DNA of 64,000 nucleotides from assembly GCA_965228895.1 (NCBI GenBank), contig OZ245842.1, positions 3,648,001-3,712,000 on the forward strand, written 5' to 3'. The notes below the pieces were generated by a model. The model searched no databases. It was given only the letters and a program-made list of their open reading frames with translations, and was not told where the DNA came from. Positions within the stretch are counted from its first letter, which is position 1. Each line of letters opens with the position of its first letter. This stretch comes from Alphaproteobacteria bacterium (lineage in GTDB: Bacteria; Pseudomonadota; Alphaproteobacteria; SP197). Shown here one piece after another: positions 28,500 to 37,956 of the stretch. The position numbers and the translations under genes were made by a program.

Positions 28500-30185
28500 A
28501 TGGCCGCAGGCGGTTGGGACGCGGAGTATGATTACGTCATCGTCGGTGCCGGTTCGGCGGGCTGCGTCATGGCGCGCCGGCTCTCCGAGGACAGCGACGT
28601 CAAGGTGCTGCTGCTCGAAGCAGGTCCCATGGATACGGGCTTCCAAAGCTGGAAGATCCATATGCCGACGGCGTTCGCCGAACCCATGCAGGACGATACC
28701 TATAACTGGTTCTATGAATCCGAGCCCGAGCCCTATCTGAACGGCCGGCGCATCCATTGTCCGCGCGGGCGCGTGTTGGGCGGCTCGTCCTCGATCAACG
28801 GCATGGTCTATATCCGCGGCCACGCGCTCGACTACGACAAGTGGGCGCAGATGGGCTGCCGCGGCTGGTCCTATCGCGAGACCCTGCCCTATTTCCGGCG
28901 CGCCGAGAGTTTCGATCAGGGTGGGAACGAGTTCCACGGCGGCGACGGCCCGCTTCACGTGACCTCCGGACGGGTCAACCGCAACCCGCTCTACGAAGCC
29001 TTCATTAAAGCGGGCGTCCAGGCCGGCTATGCCGAATCGAAGGACCTGAACGGTTTCCGCCAGGAAGGCATCGGCCGCATGGACCGCACGACCCACAAGG
29101 GCCGGCGCTGGAGTGCCGCGGTCGGTTTCCTGAAACCGGTCATGGACCGCCCCAACCTGACCGTCGAGGTCAAGGCGTTCACCAACCGGATTCTCTTTGA
29201 AGGCAAGGCCGCGACCGGCATCGAGTATGTGCGCGACGGCCAGGTAAGAAAAGTCCGCGCGACCCGCGAGGTGATCTCGTGCGGCGGCGCCATCAACTCG
29301 CCCCAGCTTCTGCAGCTCTCCGGCATCGGCAATGCCGATGAATTGCGCGGTCACGGCATCGACGTGGTGCACGACCTGCCGGGTGTCGGTGAGAACCTTC
29401 AGGATCACCTGGAGGTCTTCGTCCAGCACGAATGTACACAACCGATCAGCTTGCTGAACGCGCTCTCGCCCATCGGCAAAATGAAAGTCGGCGTCCGCTG
29501 GTTCCTGTTCAAGGACGGGCTCGCCGAAACCAACCACTTTGATGTCGGCGGTTTCATCCGCACCCGCCCGGGCATCGAACACCCGGACGTGCAGTATCAC
29601 TTCCTGCCCATGGCGATGACCTACGACGCCAAAAACATCAACAAGATCCATGGCTATCAGGCGATGGTCGACATGATGCGCCCGTTGAGCCGCGGCCACG
29701 TCAAGATCAGGAGCGCCGATCCGCGCCAGGCGCCGGAGATCCTGTTCAACTACCTGAAGGAAGAAGAGGACGTCCGCTGTCTGCGCGACGGCACGCGCCT
29801 GACCCGCGAGATCTTCGCCCAGAAGGCCTTCGACCCCTATCGCGGCAAGGAGCTGTGGCCAGGCGAGGACGCCCAGACCGACGCGGAACTTGACCAGTGG
29901 ATCCGCGATACCTCCGAGAGCAGCTACCACCCGTCCTGCGCCTGCAAGATGGGCTCCGACAACGACCCCATGGCCGTGGTCAGCCCCGAGCTCAAGGTCT
30001 ATGGCATCGACAACCTGCGCGTCGTCGATTCCTCGGTCATGCCCAACGTCGTCTCCGGCAACCTCAACGCGCCGACCATCATGATCGCCGAAAAGGCATC
30101 CGACATGGTACGCGGCAAGGCAATGCTTCCGCCATCCGATGCGCCGGTCTGGGTGCACCCGGACTGGGAAAAAGAGCAGCGTTAG
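28500..30185 (+). CDS. betA: Choline dehydrogenase (GMC oxidoreductase)
   Basis: GAGSAGC, GRVLGGSSSINGMVYIRGHALDYD, GENLQDHLE, YHPSC, GNLNAPTIMIAEK. Confidence 0.9.
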   Translation: MAAGGWDAEYDYVIVGAGSAGCVMARRLSEDSDVKVLLLEAGPMDTGFQSWKIHMPTAFAEPMQDDTYNWFYESEPEPYLNGRRIHCPRGRVLGGSSSINGMVYIRGHALDYDKWAQMGCRGWSYRETLPYFRRAESFDQGGNEFHGGDGPLHVTSGRVNRNPLYEAFIKAGVQAGYAESKDLNGFRQEGIGRMDRTTHKGRRWSAAVGFLKPVMDRPNLTVEVKAFTNRILFEGKAATGIEYVRDGQVRKVRATREVISCGGAINSPQLLQLSGIGNADELRGHGIDVVHDLPGVGENLQDHLEVFVQHECTQPISLLNALSPIGKMKVGVRWFLFKDGLAETNHFDVGGFIRTRPGIEHPDVQYHFLPMAMTYDAKNINKIHGYQAMVDMMRPLSRGHVKIRSADPRQAPEILFNYLKEEEDVRCLRDGTRLTREIFAQKAFDPYRGKELWPGEDAQTDAELDQWIRDTSESSYHPSCACKMGSDNDPMAVVSPELKVYGIDNLRVVDSSVMPNVVSGNLNAPTIMIAEKASDMVRGKAMLPPSDAPVWVHPDWEKEQR

Positions 30186-30274
30186 GGATGGCCGTTGATC
30201 TGTTCGCTGTCATGATCACGAACGACTGTGCTATGCACGAGGTGGGGGAAGCGCAACGCAGTGGAGTTTGATTT

Positions 30275-30757
30275 ATGAAGGGCGACAAGAAAGTCATCCA
30301 GCACCTCAACACGGTGTTGAAGAACGAACTCACGGCGATCAATCAGTACTTCCTGCATTCGCGCATGCTGAAGGACTGGGGCGTCGCCAAACTCGCCAAG
30401 CACGAATACGACGAATCCCTCGACGAAATGCGCCATGCCGACCAGTTGACCGAACGCATCCTGTTCCTGGAAGGTCTGCCGAACATGCAGGACCTCGGCA
30501 AACTCATGATCGGCGAGAACGTCGAGGAGATCCTGGCCTGCGATCTGAAACTCGAGAATATCGCCATACCCGACCTGCGCGAAGGCATCGCGCACTGCGA
30601 AAGCGTCGGCGACTACGCAACACGCGATCTCTTCAGCGAAATCCTGCGCTCAGAGGAAGAGCACGTCGACTGGCTGGAAGCCCAGGTCGACATGATCAAG
30701 ATGATGGGTATCGAAAACTACGTGCAGCTACAGAGCGGTGCGGCCGACGCTGGGTAG
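30275..30757 (+). CDS. bfr: Bacterioferritin
   Basis: MKGD start, [27 protein letters not shown]. Confidence 0.97.
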   Translation: MKGDKKVIQHLNTVLKNELTAINQYFLHSRMLKDWGVAKLAKHEYDESLDEMRHADQLTERILFLEGLPNMQDLGKLMIGENVEEILACDLKLENIAIPDLREGIAHCESVGDYATRDLFSEILRSEEEHVDWLEAQVDMIKMMGIENYVQLQSGAADAG

Positions 30758-30822
30758 AGCGTCGAGCTAAACCGAGAGCCTAACAACCAAATGTAGATTT
30801 ATGGTGGGCCGGGACAGGTCGG

Positions 30823-31035
30823 TCAGGTACCCAGCTGCGATGGCGCCGCAGTCATCGCATCGGCGGGCGAATCGCTGTGGATGTCGTCAATCAGCATCTG
30901 GGCGAAGGCCAGGCATTGCCCGCAACGCGGCAGTCCGCCGAGCCGCTCATAGGCCGCGCGAGCACAGCGAACGCCGGACTGGGCAAGCCCGACGATTTCG
31001 TCTTCCCGATGGCCGTTGCAAAGACAAACGTACAT
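30823..31035 (-). CDS. bfd: Bacterioferritin-associated ferredoxin
   Basis: MYVCLCN...PRCGQC; convergent with bfr; GGAG RBS. Confidence 0.9.
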   Translation of the reverse strand: MYVCLCNGHREDEIVGLAQSGVRCARAAYERLGGLPRCGQCLAFAQMLIDDIHSDSPADAMTAAPSQLGT

Positions 31036-31068
31036 GTCTTTCTCCGTTGCCTCTCAATGTGGCAATGG

Positions 31069-31084
31069 TGAGAATGAATGTCAA
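31069..31084 (-). promoter_or_regulatory. Putative iron-responsive operator (Fur-like box) upstream of bfd
   Basis: TTGACATTCATTCTCA about 34 nt upstream of bfd; similar to the site at 33704. Confidence 0.5.
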
Positions 31085-31215
31085 TCTCATACCGCGTCGG
31101 GCTTGACCGCCCGAACGTCACCGGCATCTAGTGTGGCGGCATCGACACGACAAGACGAGGGAACCGCTCTCAATCGGGGGCGTGGTCGCGACAACAGGAC
31201 CTGGAGGGCGCGAAG

Positions 31216-32220
31216 ATGGCCATGGCTAAAGCTGACCTGGACTTTACCCGCAACGGCAAGCGCTCAACCTGGATTGCGGTGCCGGCCGGGCGCGGCAAGC
31301 CGCCCGTCCGTCTGCCGATCACCATCGTGCGCAACGGGCCGGGACCGGGCGTGCTGTTCACCGGCGGCAACCATGGCGACGAATACGAAGGTCCGATCGC
31401 GCTGATGAAGTTGATCCGCGAGCTCGAGGCCAAGGATCTGATCTGCGGCACCGTCGTCATCATGCCGATGATCAACCCTCCGGCGATCGCGGCGGGCACG
31501 CGGACGTCGCCGATCGACGGCAAGAACCTCAACCGCATGTTTCCGGGCAAGGCCCGCGGCACGGTGACCGAACGCATCGCGCATACGATCACGACCAAGA
31601 TCCTGCCCCATGTCGAGACGGTCTATGACCTGCATGCCGGCGGTGTGGCGTCCCAGATCATGCCCTCCGTCATGATCCATAAGCTGCGCAGCAAGCCTTT
31701 GATGGAACGCACCGTCGCCGCCATGAAGGCGTTCCGCGCGCCGGTCGGGATCCTGATCAAGGAGTTCGAGTCCGAAGGCATGCTCGACACGACGGTCGAG
31801 AAGATGGGCAAGGTCTTCGGCTGCTGCGAACTGGGCGGCGCCGGCATGTCGACGCCGGAGACCATCGATGTCACGGAGACCGGCATCCGCAACTTGCTTG
31901 TCCATCTCGGCATGCTGAAGGGCAAACTGAGAACCCCGGTGTGGATGGGCAAGCGCCAGACCCGCGTTTTGGAGGCGCTGAGCTACGGCTGCTACACCCA
32001 TGCGCCACAGGCCGGCATCTACGAGCCCTTCGTCGCTCTTGCCGACCGCGTCAAGAAGGGCCAGCCGGTCGGCCAGGTGCATAACCCCAAGGCGCCGGGC
32101 CGCCCGGCCGCCATCTGCAAGGCGCCCGCCGACGGCATCGTCTTCACCCGCCACGCGTTCGGCCTGATCAGGAAGGATCAGACCGTCGTCACCGTGGCGC
32201 AAGTTTCGAAAGACTACTGA
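31216..32220 (+). CDS. Succinylglutamate desuccinylase/aspartoacylase family protein (DoeB/EutE-like deacetylase)
   Basis: GGNHGDEYEG, RTSPIDGKNLNRMFPG, DLHAGG, ELGG. Confidence 0.88.
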   Translation: MAMAKADLDFTRNGKRSTWIAVPAGRGKPPVRLPITIVRNGPGPGVLFTGGNHGDEYEGPIALMKLIRELEAKDLICGTVVIMPMINPPAIAAGTRTSPIDGKNLNRMFPGKARGTVTERIAHTITTKILPHVETVYDLHAGGVASQIMPSVMIHKLRSKPLMERTVAAMKAFRAPVGILIKEFESEGMLDTTVEKMGKVFGCCELGGAGMSTPETIDVTETGIRNLLVHLGMLKGKLRTPVWMGKRQTRVLEALSYGCYTHAPQAGIYEPFVALADRVKKGQPVGQVHNPKAPGRPAAICKAPADGIVFTRHAFGLIRKDQTVVTVAQVSKDY

Positions 32221-32262
32221 CCGCAACCATTCCATCGCCCAACGCGACAAGGAGGATCAACC

Positions 32263-33420
32263 GTGCCTGCTGCCTTCGAGACGTCCGAGTACCGCGACCG
32301 CGTCCAACGCACCGCCACCAGCATGGAGGCTTCCGGCATCGATACGCTGGTCATCCTGTCCGAAGCGCACATGGCCTATCTGACCGGTTACGCCGGGCGC
32401 TCGGCCTATGTGCCCCAGGCCGGCATGCTGCGCGCGGGCGACACCGACGCGACGCTGATCCTGCGCGAGATGGATATCCACTGCGCCTACCCGACGGTCT
32501 ATCTCGATCACGACAAGATCACGAGCTATCCCGAAAGCTACATCGGCACGCCCGACCGCTCGCCATGGGACGTCATTGGCGCACGTGTTCTGGAGATGGC
32601 CGGCGACGGGCGCATCGGCATCGAGTTCGGCGCCGACAGCTTTTCTCACGGCGACTATCAAGCGCTTGCCAAGGCGCTGGGCGGCCGCGACGTCGCCGAT
32701 GCCACGAACGTCATGGTGCCGGTCAAGGCCAAGAAGTCGCCGGCCGAGATCGCCTGCATGCGCCAGGCCGCGACCATCGTCGACCAGGCACTCGCCAACG
32801 GCATTAACATGATCGAACCGGGCGTGCGCCAATGCGATGTCGCCGCGCGCATCACCCACGATCTGATCGCCGGGACGCCGGCGTTCGGCGGTGACACGCC
32901 GCCACCGGTCACCATGCCGACCGGCCCGGGTGTCGCCCAGGCGCCGCATTTGAAGTGGACCGACGAACCCTTCAAGGCCGGCGACCAGACCGACTTCGAG
33001 GTCGGCGCCTTCGTGCATCGGTACTGCTGCGGCCTGTCGCGCACGACCTATGTCGGCGAACCGCCGGCGCGCCTCGTCCAGGTCCACGACGCCGTCCAGG
33101 AAAGCTGGCATGCGGCGTTCGACGCCATCCAGCCCGGCGTCACCGGCGGCGACATCCACCGCGCCTTCGCCAAGGCGTTCACGCCCCACGGCATCCGCAA
33201 GGAGTCGCGCATCGGCTATTCGATCGGCATGAACTGGGGCGATCTGTGTTTCAGCCTGCAGGATGACGACGAGAACGTCCTGGAGACCGACTACACGCTG
33301 CACCTGATCATCGGCATCTGGGAACCCAACGACGCCTATGTCTTCAGCGAAACCATCCGCATCGGCGAGGACAAGGGCGAAAGCCTCTCGACTATGCCGC
33401 GCGAACTCTTCGTGCGGTAG
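32263..33420 (+). CDS. M24 family hydrolase (ectoine hydrolase DoeA/EutD-like)
   Basis: MAYLTGY, KSPAEIACMR, APHLKW, RYCCGLSRT, KESRIGYSIG. Confidence 0.85.
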   Translation: MPAAFETSEYRDRVQRTATSMEASGIDTLVILSEAHMAYLTGYAGRSAYVPQAGMLRAGDTDATLILREMDIHCAYPTVYLDHDKITSYPESYIGTPDRSPWDVIGARVLEMAGDGRIGIEFGADSFSHGDYQALAKALGGRDVADATNVMVPVKAKKSPAEIACMRQAATIVDQALANGINMIEPGVRQCDVAARITHDLIAGTPAFGGDTPPPVTMPTGPGVAQAPHLKWTDEPFKAGDQTDFEVGAFVHRYCCGLSRTTYVGEPPARLVQVHDAVQESWHAAFDAIQPGVTGGDIHRAFAKAFTPHGIRKESRIGYSIGMNWGDLCFSLQDDDENVLETDYTLHLIIGIWEPNDAYVFSETIRIGEDKGESLSTMPRELFVR

Positions 33421-33433
33421 AACGCCGCACCAG

Positions 33434-33544
33434 CCCTCACCCTGCCCTCTCCCCAAGGGGAGAGGGGATGTGACATCGGTCGGTTCCCCTCGCCCGCGTG
33501 CGGGAGAGGGAGGGACCCGGCGCGAAGCGCTGGGAGGGTGAGGG
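33434..33544. repeat. CIR/REP-like palindromic repeat, family B copy 2
   Basis: CCCTCACCC-tg-CCCTCTCCCCAAGGGGAGAGGG...GGGAGAGGG...GGGTGAGGG. Confidence 0.8.
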
Positions 33545-33572
33545 TCGGCGACAGCTTTGACACCGGCGACCG

Positions 33573-33668
33573 TTATGTCGTCAGCGCCACCACCGAGTCG
33601 TCCGATACTGCGACCGAGCCGAAGATACCGCCTTCGACCTTGACCATCTCGAAGACGGCCACGTGCAG
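33573..33668 (-). pseudogene. Orphan 3'-end duplicate of the cysteine hydrolase gene
   Basis: Encodes LHVAVFEMVKVEGGIFGSVAVSDDSVVALTT* versus LHDAAVEMVKVEGGIFGSVATSDAFVAALSAPKAG* at 34556-34663. Confidence 0.85.
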
Positions 33669-33703
33669 GGACCGGCAGTAATCGCCGCGATCAAATATTG
33701 CAA

Positions 33704-33719
33704 TTGAGACGCATTCTCA
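33704..33719 (+). promoter_or_regulatory. Putative Fur-like box upstream of the nitroreductase
   Basis: TTGAGACGCATTCTCA, containing the inverted repeat TGAGA-N5-TCTCA. Confidence 0.5.
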
Positions 33720-33763
33720 TGTAAGATCGCACGCCCTTCGATTTGCCCCAGGGAACGCCTGCG

Positions 33764-34390
33764 ATGCACGACAGTCTAGCCACGCCTTTGACGTCACAAA
33801 ACGAAACCGACATTGCCCTCGACATGCTGCTGTCCAGGGCATCGGTGTCGCCGGCCGCGATGACGGAGCCGGGCCCCGAAGGCCACGACCTCAACGATAT
33901 CCTGGATGCGGCCATGCGCGCGCCCGACCACGGACGGCTTCGCCCCTGGCGCTTCCTCACCATCAGCGGCGATGCGCGCTACGCGTTGGGTGACGTCTTT
34001 GTCTCGGCGCTTCGCAAACGGGACCCCGACGCCGCCGATGTGCTGATCGAGCGCGAACGCACGCGCGCCCTGCGCGCGCCCCTCGTCATTGCCGCCGGTG
34101 CGCATATCGACCCCGATAACGCCATCCCCGAAATCGAACAGGTGCTCTCGGCCGGTGCGGCCGTCATGAACATCCTGAACGCCGCCCACGCGCTCGGCTT
34201 TTCCGCCATGTGGGTGACCGGCAAGAACAGCTACGATCCCGTCGTGAACGAAGCGCTGGGCTTTCAAAAGCCCGACCGTCTGATCGGCTTCGTCTATCTG
34301 GGCACGCCAAAGGAACCCGCCAAACCCGTTCAGCGGCCCCTGCGCGACGATTTCGTTCGCGACTGGTCGATGACACCGCATCACACGTAA
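33764..34390 (+). CDS. Nitroreductase family protein (YdjA-like)
   Basis: AAMRAPDHGRLRPWRF, RAPLVI, AMWVTG, IGFVYLGT. Confidence 0.92.
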   Translation: MHDSLATPLTSQNETDIALDMLLSRASVSPAAMTEPGPEGHDLNDILDAAMRAPDHGRLRPWRFLTISGDARYALGDVFVSALRKRDPDAADVLIERERTRALRAPLVIAAGAHIDPDNAIPEIEQVLSAGAAVMNILNAAHALGFSAMWVTGKNSYDPVVNEALGFQKPDRLIGFVYLGTPKEPAKPVQRPLRDDFVRDWSMTPHHT

Positions 34391-34555
34391 CCACGAATTG
34401 CTTCCCCGGAACCCGTCATGGCCGTCGACCGCGACGACACGATGCTTCCCGACCTACGGGCAGCGATCACGCCCACGGGTCTTGTTCACTGAGGTTCTGA
34501 CCGATGACCAACAGACAGAGATCGCCCGGCGATCGGGTCAAGACAAGCAGCGAAC

Positions 34556-35257
34556 TTACCCTGCCTTGGGCGCGCTCAACGCCGCCACGAAAGCGTCCGA
34601 CGTCGCGACCGAGCCGAAGATACCGCCTTCAACCTTGACCATCTCGACGGCGGCGTCGTGCAGCGACGGGCTGACCGCGCCGCAGCAGTCGGACAGCAAC
34701 AGGCATTCGAAACCCCTGTCCGTCGCCTCACGCAGTGTCGTGTGGACGCACACATCGATGGTGTTGCCGGCAAAGGCGATGTTCTCGACGCCCTGGGCGC
34801 GCAACACGGCATCCAGATCGGTGCCGTAGAACGCGCCGTTCGCGGTCTTGTCGATCACCGGTTCGCCGTCGACCGGCGCCAGCTCCGGAATGATCTGCCA
34901 GCCGGGTTCGCCGCGCATCAGGATCCGGCCCAGCGGACCGGGATCGCCGGGCGCGGCGCCACGCTGCTGCGTGCGCCGGCGTTTCTTGACCGGAAGGTCG
35001 GCAAGATCGGCGCGATAGCCTTGGCGCGTGTGGAAGACATGGAGCCCGGCCTGGCGCGCGGCGGCCAACGCCCGCTGCGCCGGTTCGATCGGCGCGCGCA
35101 ACGGCGCGACGTCGTAGCCCATCTGGCCGATGTAGCCGCGGGCGTCACAGAAATCGAGCTGCATGTCGATGACGATCAGCGCCGAGTTGGCCGCCGATCC
35201 GTCGTCCGTATCGGGCCAGGGATAGGGATCGGCGGGAACGTTGACGAAGTCCGTCAT
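34556..35257 (-). CDS. Cysteine hydrolase/isochorismatase family protein, biuret hydrolase-like
   Basis: PYPWP N-terminus; IDMQ, IDK and DVCV give the Asp-Lys-Cys triad; GGIFG C-terminus. Confidence 0.88.
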   Translation of the reverse strand: MTDFVNVPADPYPWPDTDDGSAANSALIVIDMQLDFCDARGYIGQMGYDVAPLRAPIEPAQRALAAARQAGLHVFHTRQGYRADLADLPVKKRRRTQQRGAAPGDPGPLGRILMRGEPGWQIIPELAPVDGEPVIDKTANGAFYGTDLDAVLRAQGVENIAFAGNTIDVCVHTTLREATDRGFECLLLSDCCGAVSPSLHDAAVEMVKVEGGIFGSVATSDAFVAALSAPKAG

Positions 35258-36099
35258 GAAACCGGCTTGTCGCCCTTCAAGGTCACCCGGTGCATGACCC
35301 GGTGCGCGTCGCCGTAATCGCTGGCCGCATAATGCAGGGTGCAGCGGTTGTCCCACATGGCGACATCGCCTTCCGACCAACGCCAGCGCACCTGGAAATT
35401 CGCCTGCTCGATATGCTCGAACAGGAAGTTCAGGATGTTCCGGCTTTCGATCGACGTCACGCCCATGACGTCGGTGGTGAAGGCGCGGTTAACGAACAGC
35501 GCCTTGCGGCCGGTCTCCGGATGGCGGTGCACCACCGGATGCACGCAGCCCGGCTGCTCCTCCTTCAGCTTGCGCAAACGCTCTTCCCCGTTCGGCGTGT
35601 CGGGATCGAGCAGATAGGGTCTGAAATTCGGAACACCGTCATGCAACGCTTCGAGTCCCTCGACCATGTGGCGCATGCGATCGGAGAGCGCGTCATAGGC
35701 CGCGTACATGCTGGCAAAGAGCGTGTCGCCGCCGACATCCGGCAGCTTGACCGCGCGCAGGATCGAACCCAGCGGCGGCGTTTGATCGAACGTGACGTCG
35801 GAATGCCAGACATCATTGTACTTGCCGCCGCCCCTGCGTTCCTTGGTTTCGACCAGCATGACCTCGGAGTTGTCGGGATGGTGCATGAGACCGCCATGGG
35901 GCGGGTCGATTGTGCCGAAGCGGCGCGCGAACCCGGCGAGATCATCGGCGGTCATGTCCTGGCGCGGAAAGAACAGAACCTGGTGTTGCAGAAACGCGTC
36001 ATGGATCGCTTCGGTCTCGTTGTCGCCGATGGCCTTCAGATCCATGCCGGCGATTTCGGCACCAACGTTAGGGGTGAGCTGTCTGAGGTTGCCGAGCAT
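35254..36099 (-). CDS. TauD/TfdA family 2-oxoglutarate/Fe(II) dioxygenase
   Basis: WHSDVTF, GGDT, HPVVHRHPETGRKALFVN, WDNRCTLH; ATGA overlap with the hydrolase gene. Confidence 0.92.
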   Translation of the reverse strand: MLGNLRQLTPNVGAEIAGMDLKAIGDNETEAIHDAFLQHQVLFFPRQDMTADDLAGFARRFGTIDPPHGGLMHHPDNSEVMLVETKERRGGGKYNDVWHSDVTFDQTPPLGSILRAVKLPDVGGDTLFASMYAAYDALSDRMRHMVEGLEALHDGVPNFRPYLLDPDTPNGEERLRKLKEEQPGCVHPVVHRHPETGRKALFVNRAFTTDVMGVTSIESRNILNFLFEHIEQANFQVRWRWSEGDVAMWDNRCTLHYAASDYGDAHRVMHRVTLKGDKPVS

Positions 36100-36290
36100 C
36101 GTGGAAAATCCTCCGCGGCGGCGAAACACACAATCCCTAACGATCACCCTACTGCGCTGCTGCCTTGGACCTCAAGGGGTTCGCTTGGCGCGCAATCAGT
36201 TTCAGCGAACCCAAGAGAATTTTGCGTTTGATTCCCGGTCCTGCCGCGCCCATCAAGTACTGGTTTCAACCAGCCGGGCCTCGCCGCGCC

Positions 36291-37178
36291 TTGTTTTCCC
36301 ATCTTCCGACCCACGTCAAAGGCCTGCTGATCACCGGCTTCGGCGTTCTCGTCATGACGCCGGACGGCCTCTTGGTCCGCCTGGTCGATGCCGACGAATG
36401 GACCCTGCTCTTCTGGCGCGGGCTCTTGGCCGGTATCGGCATGACGATCGGTTTGACGCTGATCTATCGCGGCAAGACCTGGGCGCTGATACGCCAGATC
36501 GGCTGGGCTGGCCTTGTCACCGGCATCATCTTCGGCGTCGGCACCTGCGCCTTCATCATGGGGATCACCCATACATCGGTCGCCAACACGCTGTTTCTGG
36601 TCAGCACCTCGCCGCTGTTCGCCGCCTTCTTCGCCTGGCTGGTGCTGCGCGAACCCGTCGCGTTGCGCACCTGGCTGGCGATCGCCGTGACGATGCTGGG
36701 CATCGGCGTGATCGTCTCGGGCGACCTAGACTGGGGTTCGATGATCGGCAACCTCGCCGCGCTCGCCGCCGCGATAACGCTCGCGGTGAACTTCTGCACC
36801 ATGCGCCACTATCAGGGCCGCAACATGGTGCCGGCCATGGGCATCGGCGGTTTTGTCGCCGCGGTGATCGCGCTGCCGCTGGCCGCGCCGCTTTCGATCA
36901 GCGAAAGCGATATCGGCGTGCTCGCGCTGATGGGCCTCGTCATGGTGCCGCTCTCGTTCGGCCTGCTCTTTGTCGGCCCGCGTTACCTGCCGGCGCCGGA
37001 AGTCGGTCTCATGATGCTGTTGGAGGCGGTGCTCGGCCCGTTTTGGGTGTGGTGGGCGCTGGGCGAAAACCCGGGTCTGGCCGCGATCGTCGGCGGCACC
37101 ATCGTGCTAAGTGCGCTGGCCGCTCATGCCGCGCTTGCACTCCGCGAGGAACGCCGTCAAACACGACCATCCCCATAA
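36291..37178 (+). CDS. DMT/EamA family transporter
   Basis: About 10 TM; TSPLFAAFFAWLVLRE, LEAVLGPFWVW; start uncertain. Confidence 0.88.
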   Translation: MFSHLPTHVKGLLITGFGVLVMTPDGLLVRLVDADEWTLLFWRGLLAGIGMTIGLTLIYRGKTWALIRQIGWAGLVTGIIFGVGTCAFIMGITHTSVANTLFLVSTSPLFAAFFAWLVLREPVALRTWLAIAVTMLGIGVIVSGDLDWGSMIGNLAALAAAITLAVNFCTMRHYQGRNMVPAMGIGGFVAAVIALPLAAPLSISESDIGVLALMGLVMVPLSFGLLFVGPRYLPAPEVGLMMLLEAVLGPFWVWWALGENPGLAAIVGGTIVLSALAAHAALALREERRQTRPSP

Positions 37179-37260
37179 AAACCAGCGCTTGGCCAGAGAA
37201 CCGCCACACTTGCCGGGCCCTATGGCTGCGTCTGCCAGCCATGTGACCTCGGGGATCTCC

Positions 37261-37956
37261 ATGCTTCACAGATACCGCCGCGTGCCGCCTGCCCTTTTTG
37301 CCGGACTTGCCCTGCTCGCCGTGAGCGCCATGGCACCGGTGTCGGCAGAACAGGTTTCCGGCACCTTCGAAAGCGGCGTCGACCGGCCGGGCGGCGACTA
37401 CCGCGCCTTCGACCTCGACAGCGACGAGGCCACCTTGTGCTTCAGTGCCTGCGCCAAGGACGAACAGTGCCTGGCCTGGACCTACGCCAAGCCCGGCGTT
37501 CAGGGCGAGAACGCGCACTGCACCCTGAAAAACGAGGTCACCGCCGGCGCCGCCGATCCGTGCTGCACGTCCGGCGTCATGGCGCGTGCCGGCGTCGATG
37601 CCCAAACCGTGGCTCCCGCCGCCAACCAGAGTGGCGAGCCCCACCCCTGGGACACCGTCCGGGCCGACGGCCGCTGGTGCGCCGATGACCTGATCGCTGC
37701 CGGCCACAAACCGCTCTTCGTGCAGACCGGTGAGACCATCGACAATACCTATGTGTTCACCGATCCCCTCAACAACGGTTACATCGGCATCACCGGATGC
37801 AATCAGGTGGCCTGGAACTGGATCGCCTTTCACCAGGCCTGGGTCGAACAGGACTTGAGCTACCCTTCCGCCGAGGAGGACCCGGTCTATTCGAAAAAGA
37901 TCGTCTACCAGCACCTGGAGACCGGCAATCAGGTCACCATTGCCTACTTTCGTTAA
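37261..37956 (+). CDS. Secreted PAN/apple-domain protein
   Basis: Signal peptide, DRPGGDY, CxxxC...CLAWTY...CxLK...CCTSGV, then an unknown C-terminal domain. Confidence 0.8.
   Translation: MLHRYRRVPPALFAGLALLAVSAMAPVSAEQVSGTFESGVDRPGGDYRAFDLDSDEATLCFSACAKDEQCLAWTYAKPGVQGENAHCTLKNEVTAGAADPCCTSGVMARAGVDAQTVAPAANQSGEPHPWDTVRADGRWCADDLIAAGHKPLFVQTGETIDNTYVFTDPLNNGYIGITGCNQVAWNWIAFHQAWVEQDLSYPSAEEDPVYSKKIVYQHLETGNQVTIAYFR

Noticed and set aside
28292-28501. Short ORFs across the palindromic repeats and the N-terminal extension of betA from 28356
   Set aside because: These translate repeat DNA; homology and RBS support the start at 28500.
3525-33544. Palindromic repeats as a CRISPR array
   Set aside because: They are dispersed, lack repeat-spacer periodicity, and no cas genes are present.
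34391-34555. Coding-like text between the nitroreductase and hydrolase (LFTEVLTDDQQTEIARRSG)
   Set aside because: No start, RBS or recognisable family; cannot be supported as a gene or remnant.
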